Source: Nitrospirota bacterium (GTDB lineage Bacteria > Nitrospirota > Thermodesulfovibrionia > Thermodesulfovibrionales > UBA1546). From it: a DNA stretch of 64,000 nucleotides. Location of the stretch: the NCBI GenBank assembly GCA_009773185.1, contig WPIF01000003.1, positions 12,760-76,759 on the forward strand, read 5' to 3'. Below, one piece after another: positions 48,577 to 58,297 of the stretch (the stretch's first letter is position 1; every line of letters begins with the position of its first letter). The translations under genes and the position numbers were made by a program. The notes below the pieces were generated by a model, which was not told the DNA's origin, made no database searches, and was given only the letters and a program-made list of their open reading frames with translations.

Positions 48577-49637
48577 AGGGGTCCTTAAAAGAGTTTGGTC
48601 TTGCAGACATATTACAGCTGATATATTTTCAGCGCAAGACAGGCATTCTTACGCTTGAAGGCAGGATGGACAAGGTCCGGCTCCTGTTTTACGAAGGCAA
48701 TATTGTGCTGGCAGACTCAAAAAGAAGGGTTGAGGCAAATCGTCTCGGCAAGGTGCTTGTAAAAAAAGGGATATTAAAAGAGGAAGACCTTCAAAAAGCC
48801 CTTGAGGAACAGCAGTCAACAGGCATAAAGATCGGCAATATCCTTATAAAAAACGGGCTCGTTGAAAAAGAACAGATACAGGCGATTATCACTTCTCAGA
48901 TAACCGAAACCGTGACCCAGCTTTTCGGGTGGAAAGAGGGGATGTACGAGTTTTCACCTCAGGGGGTCCCTGTTGACAGGGAAATACCTGTAACTCTTGA
49001 CACACAACATCTCCTGATGGAAGGGCTCCGCATAATTGACGAGTGGTCGCTGATAGAAGGCAAGCTGACCCTTGATACTGTATTTGAAAAGACAAGCAAG
49101 GCAGGCATTGAACTTACACTTGACGAAGAAGAGATCCTTGGATTTGTGGATGGGGAAAACGATGTAAGCGCAATAATCGAGAATAGCCAGATGGATAACT
49201 TTCAGGCATCCAAAGCCCTCGTATCTCTCATGGAAAAAGATGCAATAGAGCCAAAAGAAGCCATGCCCATAGCTCCGGTGAGCGCGCTGCCGGAAGCAGC
49301 AGCACCGGCAAAAAGAAAGCTGTCCCTTGCAAAAGCTGTTACAGCAACCACTTTTTTAATCAGTTTTTTTATATCATTGATTCCATTAAGCCCGCTTTTA
49401 CTCCGGGGAAACAACAGTATTGCTAAAATTAAAACATCGGAAGATATAGATGGCATCAGATTCAGGATTGAAAAATATAAATATGAGAACGGTTCTTATC
49501 CGCCAACAATAGAACAAATAACAAAGATGAGTGACGGGTGGGGAAGGCCATTTATCTTTAAAGCAGAAGACAATAATTTTGTCCTCCTCAGTATGGGCCC
49601 TGATGGTAAAGAAGGGACAGAAGACGACATCTATTAA
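48567..49637 (+). CDS. DUF4388 + MshEN-like domain + TM + GspG-like pseudopilin C domain
   Basis: L.GSLKEFGLADILQ; RLGKVLVKKGILKEEDLQKALEEQ; Y..ENG.YP, D.WG..F, S.GPDGKEGT.DDI. Confidence 0.8.
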   Translation: MALEGSLKEFGLADILQLIYFQRKTGILTLEGRMDKVRLLFYEGNIVLADSKRRVEANRLGKVLVKKGILKEEDLQKALEEQQSTGIKIGNILIKNGLVEKEQIQAIITSQITETVTQLFGWKEGMYEFSPQGVPVDREIPVTLDTQHLLMEGLRIIDEWSLIEGKLTLDTVFEKTSKAGIELTLDEEEILGFVDGENDVSAIIENSQMDNFQASKALVSLMEKDAIEPKEAMPIAPVSALPEAAAPAKRKLSLAKAVTATTFLISFFISLIPLSPLLLRGNNSIAKIKTSEDIDGIRFRIEKYKYENGSYPPTIEQITKMSDGWGRPFIFKAEDNNFVLLSMGPDGKEGTEDDIY

Positions 49638-49640
49638 AAA

Positions 49641-49741
49641 GATGCACGATACAGGTCGGAGCGACTCTCAGCGGAGACTCGCTTCGAGATGCAGGATGAA
49701 AATATCATGAATTGTGTATCGTGTATCGTGTGTCGAGCATC
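49641..49741. repeat. Intergenic element: heptamer arms (GATRCAS) and (GTGTATC) as inverted repeats around a hairpin
   Basis: GATGCAC GATACAG-hairpin-GATGCAG ... GTGTATC GTGTATC GTGTGTC GAGCATC. Confidence 0.8.
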
Positions 49742-49747
49742 ATTTTC

Positions 49748-50536
49748 ATGAAAAAAAAGGCTGTTATTTTATTAAGCGGCGGGGTTGACTCCTCGACCAC
49801 CCTTGCCATTGCAAAATCACGAGGCTATGAGTTATATGCGCTTAGCTTTGACTACAGCCAAAGGCATAAAATAGAACTTGACGCAGCAAAAAAAGTTGCC
49901 CTGGTGCTCGGTGTAAAAAAGCATCTGACAATAAAATTTGACCTGAGAGAGATTGGCGGCTCAGCCCTGACATCAGGGATGGAAGTGCCGAAATCTCAAA
50001 TCTCAAATCTTAAATCTCAAATCCCTGTCACCTACGTTCCTGCACGGAATACAATTTTCCTGTCTTTTGCCCTTTCATGGGCCGAGGTGCTTTCAGCGGA
50101 AAATATATTCATAGGCGCAAACGCAGTTGACTATAGCGGGTATCCGGACTGCAGGCCGGAATATCTTAAGGCCTTTGAGGCTATGGCCAATCTTGCAACA
50201 AAGGCATCTGTTGAAGGGCAGATGAAATTCAGAATCAACGCGCCTTTAATCAACATGACCAAGGCAGAGATTATTAAAAATGGGAAACGTCTCGGCCTTG
50301 ATTATTCGCTGACATGGAGTTGCTATGACCCGCAGCCCGTTAAAAAAGGGGTTAGGGGTCAGTCTCCTCAGGCGACCCGCCGAGGCGGGGGGTTAGGGGT
50401 TAGAAGAAAAGGCCAATCCCCAATCCCCAATCCCCAATTTCCATACCTGCCGTGCGGCAGATGTGACAGCTGCCTTTTCAGGGCAAAGGGTTTTAAAGAG
50501 GCAAAGATAAAAGATCCCCTACTATATAAAGGGTAG
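49748..50536 (+). CDS. queC: 7-cyano-7-deazaguanine synthase with two repeat-derived inserts
   Basis: [34 protein letters not shown]; start set at MKKKAV. Confidence 0.95.
   Translation: MKKKAVILLSGGVDSSTTLAIAKSRGYELYALSFDYSQRHKIELDAAKKVALVLGVKKHLTIKFDLREIGGSALTSGMEVPKSQISNLKSQIPVTYVPARNTIFLSFALSWAEVLSAENIFIGANAVDYSGYPDCRPEYLKAFEAMANLATKASVEGQMKFRINAPLINMTKAEIIKNGKRLGLDYSLTWSCYDPQPVKKGVRGQSPQATRRGGGLGVRRKGQSPIPNPQFPYLPCGRCDSCLFRAKGFKEAKIKDPLLYKG
49991..50025. repeat. In-frame heptamer tract (AAATCTC) x5 in queC
   Basis: AAATCTC AAATCTC AAATCTT AAATCTC AAATCCC. Confidence 0.9.
50348..50441. repeat. In-frame paired heptamer arms in queC: (GGGGTTA)-type x2, hairpin, x2, spacer, (CAATCCC)-type x4
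   Basis: Read directly; lies between SCY and CGRCDSC. Confidence 0.9.
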
Positions 50537-50685
50537 CATTACTTTATCTGAGTGCAGTAAAATAAAAAATCCCTGATGCCTGCTGAATGTGTATAATAGA
50601 TATGTTCAAATGCGTACATATGATGTGATAAAGGAAAAACGCGGTGGTATTGAACTTTCGATGTAATTATATAGCATGACAGCTT

Positions 50686-51519
50686 ATGAAAAATAAGACA
50701 GGCGCATATACAATATCGCTATTAATCTTTTTGTTGGCATGGCTTGTAAACACGCCCGAGGCATATTCTGCACAGCTCATAGGGAGCGGATGTTCTGTAA
50801 GCAATGTGGGTTATCTGACAGAGCTTGCCAAGGAATATGAAAGACGGACAGGCGTCAAGGTATTTGTCCGCGGGGGAGGCACTGTCATAGGCATAGAGGA
50901 CCTGCGGAACGGCAAGGTTGACTTTGCGGCATCATGCAGAACCAGGGAGGAAGGCGACCCCGAAGATATTGAGTTCATACAGGTTGCATGGGATGCGCTG
51001 GTATTCATCGTTCATAAAACAAATCCTGCCAGCAATATTTCTATAGAAGATGTCAGAGCCATATACGCAGGCAAGATAACCAACTGGAAACAACTCAAAG
51101 GTAAAGATGCGCCAATAAAACTTTTTATATCAAGGCCCAGAAAAGGCCTTAGCGGTGTTGAGGCCTCAACAAAGGCGCTGGTCTTAAAGGGGCTCGACCC
51201 TGTTGAAACTCCGAATACCATGTCTCTTGCCTCATCAGGCATAGTTGAGCAGATGGTAGAGGAGACAGCCGAGGGCTTTGCAACAACCGGTTTTACCAGC
51301 GCGAGGAAAAGGGATGTCAAGATGCTGAAAATTAAGGGCGTCTATCCTACAAGCAAGAATATTATAAATAAGAATTACCCGCTGAAAAGGCCGCTGTTTA
51401 TTTTAATGCCTAAAAAACCCAGGCCGGAGGCAAAAAAATTTGTTGATTTTGTATTAAGCAGGGATGGGCAGAACTTTATCAGAACACAGGGTGTTGTAGC
51501 GCTTTCAGATGTAAAATGA
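50686..51519 (+). CDS. PstS-like periplasmic binding protein (PBP_like_2)
   Basis: Signal peptide, GGGT..G, DF.ASCR, DALVFIVH..NP, YPL.RPLF. Confidence 0.85.
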   Translation: MKNKTGAYTISLLIFLLAWLVNTPEAYSAQLIGSGCSVSNVGYLTELAKEYERRTGVKVFVRGGGTVIGIEDLRNGKVDFAASCRTREEGDPEDIEFIQVAWDALVFIVHKTNPASNISIEDVRAIYAGKITNWKQLKGKDAPIKLFISRPRKGLSGVEASTKALVLKGLDPVETPNTMSLASSGIVEQMVEETAEGFATTGFTSARKRDVKMLKIKGVYPTSKNIINKNYPLKRPLFILMPKKPRPEAKKFVDFVLSRDGQNFIRTQGVVALSDVK

Positions 51520-53729
51520 GGGTATCCTTACAAACAAAGGTATCTGTATTTATAGCGCTCATTATAATTCTTATCAGCGCTGTAAGCACATACCTCTTTA
51601 CAACAGCCCACACCCGCAGCAAAGAGCAGGGCCGGATACTGAGAGGCACGGCGCTTTCCTATTCACTCTCCAAGGCAGCAGAGGAAGGGCTTATCAATGA
51701 AGACCTTGACCTCATTAAAAAGGCTTCATATATTATTAAGTCGCCGGATGTAACCCTTGCGCAGGTCTATTCAGATATATGGGAGGCTGTTGACGCCTAT
51801 CCCTTTGAAAGATTAAAAGACCCTCCAAGCCCTGAAGCAGTCATGCATTTTAAGGGTGAATCATCGCCTTTTCAGGTAAAGCTCAGCGATGGCTATGACT
51901 TTTACAGCCCCATATTTTTCAGGACATCCGAAGATGCACCTCCCGTAATTATAGGGTTTGTAAGAATCATCCTGTCCTCGGCGGCCATACAAAAAGAACT
52001 CAGAGGAATAATTATTGCCAATATCGTTGTATCAGCAATCATAACTCTCCTTGCAATTATATCTATCAATATACTTATAGGACGGCTCGTGATTAAGCCG
52101 GTGATGTCGCTTCACAGGGCTGCATCGCAGTTCAAAGACGGAATAATGCCTGATATACTTCCGCAGCGCTCTGCAGATGAGATAGGAGAACTTTCTTTGG
52201 AATTTAACAGAATGAGCCATGCAATTAAGGACAGGACCGATAAGCTGATCGAATCCGAGAAAAGAATAAAATCTATTTTTGAACGGGTTGAGCATGCTAT
52301 TTTCAGGCTCGGCAAGGATGGCTCCGTAATAGAGGCCAACAGCAGATTTAAAGAAATGTTTGGAGAAGTAACAGGCCTTTGCGATATCCTTATTGGGGAA
52401 AAAACAGCCCCTGACTGCCTTAGAAAAGCGCTTGCTGAAAAAGGTTTTCATCTTGAAGACATGGCCATCGGGAAAAAAGGAGATGAGATTATCATATCGC
52501 TCTCTTTATATCCTGAAACAGACAGCAGCGGCAGCATAACAGGCTTTGACGGGTATCTTATAAATATAACGGAAAAAAAGAGGATGGAAGAAAGATTAAT
52601 CAGGGCGCAGAAGATGGAGGCAGTTGGTACGCTTGCAGGAGGAATGGCGCATGATTTTAACAATCTTCTGACTGCCATTCTGGGATATGCCGAAATTATT
52701 TTATCAATGACACAGGAAGGAGATCCTTTTCACAAGCCCGCTACAATAATCCACGATGCTGCAAAAAGAGGAGCAGACTTCGGCAAAAAGATACTTACTA
52801 TATCCCGTAAAGAGAAGATGGAAGTAAAATCCGTAGATATAAATGATATAGTTAAAAATTCCCTGGAACTGCTTCGAAGAAGCATACCTAAAAACATAGA
52901 AATAGTTACAAACCTTAAGGAGGGTATCCCGCATACAAAGGCAGACCCGTCCCAGTTACAGCAGGTTATTATTAACCTTGCGGTAAACGCCAGGGATGCA
53001 ATGCCTGATGGCGGAAGGTTATTAATAGAAACAGCAACAGTTGGCATAGAAAATGGCGCTCCCGGCAATATGCGTGCAGGGAAGAGCGGCTTTATAAAAT
53101 TGTCTGTTTCAGATACAGGAGCAGGCATTGACAGGGTAACACAGAGAAAAATATTTGACCCGTTTTTTACGACAAAGGAAATAGGCAAGGGGACAGGGCT
53201 TGGACTCTATATAGTACATTCGATAATAAATAATCATGGCGGATACATTAACCTTTACAGCGAAGCGCTCAAGGGGACCCAGTTCAATATATATCTGCCT
53301 GTTACAAAGGAGACTGATATTGAAGAAGCGCCTCAGGACGCCCAGGATATCAGGGGCTCGGGGCTAATCCTTGTCATAGATGATGAATCTGATGTCAGAG
53401 AATTATGCAGGGACATGCTGGAGCCGCTCGGCTACACGGTCCTGCTTGCAGAAAGCGGAGGCGCCGGTATAAATATCTTCAGGCAGATGCAGGACAAGAT
53501 ATCAATTGTCATAATGGACATGATTATGCCGAAGATGGGGGGCACCGAGGTGTTCCGTGCGCTAAAGACAATTGCCCCTGGAGTCAAGGTATTGCTTTGT
53601 TCGGGGTACAGTCAAAATGGTTTTGCAGGCATAGACGAGCTTTTAAAGCAAGGCGCAATCGGCTCCATTCAAAAACCCTTCTCGCGCCGGGAAATTGCAA
53701 CTGCCATAAAAAAAGCGCTATCGGAATAA
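51516..53729 (+). CDS. Hybrid sensor kinase (TM-HAMP-PAS-HisKA-HATPase-REC)
   Basis: AGGMAHDFNNLL, VNARDAM, KGTGLGL, C-terminal receiver (DDE, D, KP). Confidence 0.93.
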   Translation: MRVSLQTKVSVFIALIIILISAVSTYLFTTAHTRSKEQGRILRGTALSYSLSKAAEEGLINEDLDLIKKASYIIKSPDVTLAQVYSDIWEAVDAYPFERLKDPPSPEAVMHFKGESSPFQVKLSDGYDFYSPIFFRTSEDAPPVIIGFVRIILSSAAIQKELRGIIIANIVVSAIITLLAIISINILIGRLVIKPVMSLHRAASQFKDGIMPDILPQRSADEIGELSLEFNRMSHAIKDRTDKLIESEKRIKSIFERVEHAIFRLGKDGSVIEANSRFKEMFGEVTGLCDILIGEKTAPDCLRKALAEKGFHLEDMAIGKKGDEIIISLSLYPETDSSGSITGFDGYLINITEKKRMEERLIRAQKMEAVGTLAGGMAHDFNNLLTAILGYAEIILSMTQEGDPFHKPATIIHDAAKRGADFGKKILTISRKEKMEVKSVDINDIVKNSLELLRRSIPKNIEIVTNLKEGIPHTKADPSQLQQVIINLAVNARDAMPDGGRLLIETATVGIENGAPGNMRAGKSGFIKLSVSDTGAGIDRVTQRKIFDPFFTTKEIGKGTGLGLYIVHSIINNHGGYINLYSEALKGTQFNIYLPVTKETDIEEAPQDAQDIRGSGLILVIDDESDVRELCRDMLEPLGYTVLLAESGGAGINIFRQMQDKISIVIMDMIMPKMGGTEVFRALKTIAPGVKVLLCSGYSQNGFAGIDELLKQGAIGSIQKPFSRREIATAIKKALSE

Positions 53730-53816
53730 AATGGCCTGATGCATAATGAAAATATCAGGAGCCGTTGCAAATAACCATGTTGACAAAGACTCCCCGAACC
53801 AATATATTAAATAGCA

Positions 53817-54524
53817 ATGGACTCAAAGATAAATGAATTGTATGAGTTTGGCATGTCGCTGTTTCAGAATGGCAAATACTCTGAGGCAGAACCCATATTC
53901 AGGGACATCCTTAAAATAAATCCTAACTATGCAGATGTATTAAACAAGCTTGGCATTATAACGCACCTGAAAGGCAACACCAAAGAGGCGTCAGAGTATT
54001 TTGAAAGGGCCCTTGAACTGAACCCGAAATACACAGAGGCTTCCCTTAACCTTGCCATAGCATACAATGATATGGGCGAATTCAAGAAGGCGCAGGAGGT
54101 ATTTTCAAAGGCAGCGCAGATAGCCCGTCCAACCCCTACATCTCTGGACCCGTTCGCAGCAGGGAAGCTGGCAAACGAACATTATAAGATAGGCAATATC
54201 TACTTTGATTTCGCGATGTATGATGACGCCATAGAAGAATACTCCAAAGCCCTGAAGCTTCATCCATTGCTTGCTGATGTGCGCACAAAACTCGGCATGG
54301 CACTGAGAAGCAAGGGGCTCTATGAAGAAGCAATAGTACATTTTACAAAGGCCAAGGAAATAAATCCCGGTTATGGACAGGCATGGGTGCAGCTGGGCCT
54401 GACCTATTATATGAAGGGCCTTGCAGGCCTTGCCTTTGAGGAGTGGGAAAGCGCCCTGAAGCAAAATCCCAGCCTGAAAGAAGCAAAGACGTATATCCAA
54501 CTCCTTAAAAAAAAGGAACAGTAG
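53817..54524 (+). CDS. TPR-repeat protein
   Basis: About six TPR motifs (NPNYADVLNKLG, NPKYTEASLNLA, AWVQLG). Confidence 0.9.
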   Translation: MDSKINELYEFGMSLFQNGKYSEAEPIFRDILKINPNYADVLNKLGIITHLKGNTKEASEYFERALELNPKYTEASLNLAIAYNDMGEFKKAQEVFSKAAQIARPTPTSLDPFAAGKLANEHYKIGNIYFDFAMYDDAIEEYSKALKLHPLLADVRTKLGMALRSKGLYEEAIVHFTKAKEINPGYGQAWVQLGLTYYMKGLAGLAFEEWESALKQNPSLKEAKTYIQLLKKKEQ

Positions 54525-54530
54525 CCAGCA

Positions 54531-55499
54531 GTGTCCCTTCTTGAAATAAGGGATCTTAACGTCTCATTCAGGACTAAGGCAAGTCCGACAAAAGTGGTCA
54601 GCAATCTTTCCCTGGATATTAAAGAGTCCGAGGTATTCGGGCTTGTCGGCGAAAGCGGTTGCGGCAAGAGCCTTACAGCGCTTTCTATAATGGGCATCCT
54701 CCCTCCTAATGCTTACGCCGAAGGCTTAATAAATTTTAACGGCAAAGACCTGCTCATGCTTGACAGGGAATCCCTGCGCCGCCTCAGAGGCAGGGAAATA
54801 GCGATGATATTTCAGGAGCCAATGACATCCCTGAACCCGGTCCTGACCATTGGCTATCAGATATCTGAAGTTATGACTACACACCTTGGCCTTTCAAAAA
54901 AAGATGCCTTTGATAGGGCAGTGGATTTGCTTAGAGATGTAAAGATACCTTCTCCTGAGATAAGGGTAAAGGAGTATCCGCATCAAATGTCAGGAGGCAT
55001 GAGGCAGAGAGTGATGATAGCAATGGCAGTTGCATGCAATCCTTCTCTCCTTATTGCCGATGAACCAACAACAGCGCTCGATGTGACTATACAGTCGCAA
55101 ATACTTGAACTTCTCCAGAAACTCAGGGAAGAAAGAAAGATGTCAATTCTCCTCATAACTCACGACCTTGGCATTATCGCAGAAAATGCCAAAAAGGCCG
55201 CGATAATGTATGCAGGAAGGATTGTAGAACTTGCAGAGGCAGGAGAATTATTTAATAATCCAGGGCATCCTTATACAATGGGACTGCTTGATTCTTTGCC
55301 AAAGGAAAAAGGGAAACCATTGAAACCGATTCCCGGGACGGTCCCGCGCCCTGATAAGCTTCCTCAGGGATGCAAGTTTTCTGACAGATGCAGGTTTGTG
55401 GTGCCGCCCTGCCGGACTGAAGAACCGGAACTAAAAGAAGTTGACGGCCGGCATCCTGTGCGGTGCATAAGGGCTGCGGAGATAAAATGGCCCTACTGA
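54531..55499 (+). CDS. Peptide ABC transporter ATP-binding subunit (OppD/DppD-like)
   Basis: GESGCGKS, YPHQMSGGMRQR, DEPTTALD, GCKFSDRC. Confidence 0.95.
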   Translation: MSLLEIRDLNVSFRTKASPTKVVSNLSLDIKESEVFGLVGESGCGKSLTALSIMGILPPNAYAEGLINFNGKDLLMLDRESLRRLRGREIAMIFQEPMTSLNPVLTIGYQISEVMTTHLGLSKKDAFDRAVDLLRDVKIPSPEIRVKEYPHQMSGGMRQRVMIAMAVACNPSLLIADEPTTALDVTIQSQILELLQKLREERKMSILLITHDLGIIAENAKKAAIMYAGRIVELAEAGELFNNPGHPYTMGLLDSLPKEKGKPLKPIPGTVPRPDKLPQGCKFSDRCRFVVPPCRTEEPELKEVDGRHPVRCIRAAEIKWPY

Positions 55500-56497
55500 A
55501 GGTTCAATCTCTCAAAAAACATTTTCCTGTTAAAAAAGCCTTTGGTGAAACAGCTCAATGGTTAAAGGCTGTTGACGGCATTGACTTTTCAGTTGATGAA
55601 AATAAGGTCTTTGTGCTTGTTGGTGAAAGCGGATGCGGCAAATCAACGGTTGCCAGGCTTGTCCTCAGGCTTATAACTCCTACGTCAGGGAGAGTCCTTT
55701 TTGACGGCAAAGACATATTCGGACTTGACGGTGATTCTTTAAAGGCATTCAGGAAATCCGTGCAGATTGTATTTCAGGACCCTTTTGCTTCGCTGAACCC
55801 GAGAAAGACTGTCTTTGATACAATATCAGAGCCCTTAAAGATACACAGGATTACAGAGAAGAAGAACATGAAGGATGCGTGCGCAGAACTTTTAAAAAAG
55901 GTAGGGCTCGGTACTGATATCATGAACCGCTATCCGCACGAATTCAGCGGTGGACAGCGACAGAGGATATGCATTGCAAGGGCGCTTGCAGTAAATCCAA
56001 AAATAATAGTTGCCGATGAACCGCTCTCAGCGCTTGATGTCTCGATACAGGCGCAGATAATCAACCTTCTGCAGGACCTCAGAAAGGAAACAAAAATAGC
56101 ATTTCTATTCATAAGCCATGACCTTAAGGTAGTCCATTATTTTAGCGATACGGTTGCGGTTATGTATCTGGGTAAAATTTTAGAACATGCAAAAACAGAA
56201 GATCTCTTCATGGAGCCGTTACATCCATACACTATTTTGTTGCTCTCATCAGCGCCAAAGGTAAAAACTGAAGCGTTCAGCGTTCAGCGTTCAGCGTTCA
56301 GCGACAAAAAACTCCAAACTCCAAACTCCGAACGCCAGCCTGATATCGGCGAGGTCCCAAGCCCCATACATATTCCTTCCGGATGTCCATTCCATCCGAG
56401 GTGTCCAAAAAGATTTGAGCCATGCGATAAGATTATTCCTGAACTGAAAGAAGCAAAGGGAAGGCTTATATCATGCCATCTGTGGAATCCGTATTAG
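55487..56497 (+). CDS. Peptide ABC transporter ATP-binding subunit (OppF/DppF-like) with a heptamer insert
   Basis: GESGCGKST, YPHEFSGGQRQR, GCPFHPRC; start set at MALLKV. Confidence 0.95.
   Translation: MALLKVQSLKKHFPVKKAFGETAQWLKAVDGIDFSVDENKVFVLVGESGCGKSTVARLVLRLITPTSGRVLFDGKDIFGLDGDSLKAFRKSVQIVFQDPFASLNPRKTVFDTISEPLKIHRITEKKNMKDACAELLKKVGLGTDIMNRYPHEFSGGQRQRICIARALAVNPKIIVADEPLSALDVSIQAQIINLLQDLRKETKIAFLFISHDLKVVHYFSDTVAVMYLGKILEHAKTEDLFMEPLHPYTILLLSSAPKVKTEAFSVQRSAFSDKKLQTPNSERQPDIGEVPSPIHIPSGCPFHPRCPKRFEPCDKIIPELKEAKGRLISCHLWNPY
56272..56337. repeat. In-frame paired heptamer arms: (AGCGTTC)x4, spacer, (AACTCCA)-type x4
   Basis: Read directly; encodes AFSVQRSAFSDKKLQTPNSERQ. Confidence 0.9.
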
Positions 56498-56575
56498 TCT
56501 TGCCACTTGTTTCGGAAGGGAACAACCCGTTCTCTCAAAGGGGATTGAAAATGATATTGCAAGGCCTTCTGCCTG

Positions 56576-57808
56576 TTAGTATGCTGCCCTTCTCTTCTTC
56601 TGCCCGCGCTCAACAGCCACGCCTGGCCTGAAGGGCGCTCTTGCACGAGGCGGACGTACAAACTCACGGTCCCGCGCAGGCGCAGGCTTCTTATAATCGA
56701 AACCTTCCATAAACCGGCGTTCTATTTTTTCACTCAGGACGCGCTCGATGCTGCGCACTGTTTCTCCGTCCTCATGTGTAATGAAGGTAAATGCATCTCC
56801 TGTTTTTGCAGCACGGCCGGTTCTGCCGATACGATGCGTATAGGCATCTACAGTGGCAGGTATATCGTAGTTGATAACATGAGATATGTTAGAGACATCT
56901 ATGCCCCTGGCAGCAATATCAGTGGCAACGAGCACCTGGTACTTGCCGTCACGGAAACCATCGAGTGCAGCCTGCCGCTTATTCTGAGACAGATTTCCCT
57001 GTAATGATGATGCTCTGTAACCGGCCTTCTGCAGTTGCTCTCCAACGCGCTTGGCCCGGTGCTTGGTGCGGGTGAAGACCAGTACTGATTCTGTATCTGT
57101 ATGGCGCAGCAGTTCCATAAGAAGCGCGGTCTTCAGGTGCTGTTCTATTGGATATAAGGCATGAGATACAGTGTCTGCCGGAGCAGTATGCCCTATCTGA
57201 ACCAAGACCGGATCGCTCAGCACATCTTTGGCAAGGCGGCGTATCTCTTCAGGCATTGTGGCTGAAAAAAGCAGGGTCTGACGTTTCTTTGGGAGATGCT
57301 TAAGTATTTTTCGTATGTCCGGCAGAAAACCCATATCAAACATATGGTCTGCCTCGTCAAGAACCAGAACCTCTGTCTGTGACAGGTCTATTGTGCCCTG
57401 ACCCATATGGTCGAGCAGCCTGCCCGGGCATGCCACTATTATCTCTACACCTCTGCGCAGTTTTTCAAATTGTGGATTTATGTTTACGCCGCCATAAATG
57501 GTGACGCTTCGGAGGCCGGTCTTGCTGCCAAGTCCGGTGATATGTTTGTGTATCTGTTCTGCCAGTTCCCGTGTCGGGGCAATAACAAGGGCGCGCACCT
57601 TCCGGCGTGTGCCCTGCATCAACCGGTGCAGGATAGGCAGCGCAAAGACAGCGGTCTTTCCTGTTCCTGTCTGCGCAAGGCCCATAACATCACGGCCCTG
57701 CATAACTGACGGGATTGCCTGCACCTGTATCGGTGTCGGCTCGTTATAACCAGCGGCCTTTACCCCGGCCGCAACAAGAGGGTGAAACTGAAAATCTTTA
57801 AATTCCAT
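56576..57808 (-). CDS. DEAD-box RNA helicase (RhlE-like)
   Basis: Q motif, AQTGTGKT, PTRELA, DEAD, SAT, ARGID, HRIGRTGR. Confidence 0.95.
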   Translation of the reverse strand: MEFKDFQFHPLVAAGVKAAGYNEPTPIQVQAIPSVMQGRDVMGLAQTGTGKTAVFALPILHRLMQGTRRKVRALVIAPTRELAEQIHKHITGLGSKTGLRSVTIYGGVNINPQFEKLRRGVEIIVACPGRLLDHMGQGTIDLSQTEVLVLDEADHMFDMGFLPDIRKILKHLPKKRQTLLFSATMPEEIRRLAKDVLSDPVLVQIGHTAPADTVSHALYPIEQHLKTALLMELLRHTDTESVLVFTRTKHRAKRVGEQLQKAGYRASSLQGNLSQNKRQAALDGFRDGKYQVLVATDIAARGIDVSNISHVINYDIPATVDAYTHRIGRTGRAAKTGDAFTFITHEDGETVRSIERVLSEKIERRFMEGFDYKKPAPARDREFVRPPRARAPFRPGVAVERGQKKRRAAY

Positions 57809-58036
57809 GAGACTCCTTTTTTCTGTTCGGGGAAAAAACGTGGTGCAGTGGGGTACTACAAAGACGCAGTTTTCGTCCGGGTACAGTTAATATTGTTATG
57901 TTTAACAGTAACAGCTATCACGAAGGCCTGTCAAGGCGATATTGCCTGATTGTCATTATTTACTAAACCTTTTATACTGGATAGTCCCGGGCTGCCCGGG
58001 ATAAAAATGGGGCGCCAATACGCTGAGGTGACACAC

Positions 58037-58219
58037 ATGGCAATTGAAACAAAAATAGAAGGGAACAAACTCATTATCACCTGCGACCTGGAGAAGCCTA
58101 CGCCAAGCGCATCAGGGAAAACACTTGTAGTCGTCAGCACAAGAGGCAATATTAAAACATCCTGCATGGTAGACGGGAAACCATTAACAATCGGCCTGAA
58201 CGCCTATATCGCCAAATAG
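58037..58219 (+). CDS. 60-aa conserved-looking hypothetical protein (PSASGKTLVV motif)
   Basis: SD GAGGTG before ATG 58037; beta-rich pattern; I recall similar small proteins but cannot name a family. Confidence 0.7.
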   Translation: MAIETKIEGNKLIITCDLEKPTPSASGKTLVVVSTRGNIKTSCMVDGKPLTIGLNAYIAK

Positions 58220-58254
58220 TGAGAACTTTTAAAGAGGAAATATTAGTTGCTATT

Positions 58255-58285
58255 TGACGTATAATTTTATAAAATATATACGTCA
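58255..58285. promoter_or_regulatory. Inverted-repeat operator upstream of the antitoxin
   Basis: TGACGTATA-N13-TATACGTCA overlapping TTGACG. Confidence 0.65.
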
Positions 58286-58297
58286 GGGAGGTGCCGG

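Noticed and set aside
49640-49747. preQ1 riboswitch upstream of queC
   Set aside because: No preQ1-like stem with an A-rich tail; the region is explained by heptamer arms and a hairpin.
50348-50402. Telomere-like repeat or eukaryotic contamination (GGGGTTA)
   Set aside because: Only four units, embedded in frame in a clearly bacterial queC.
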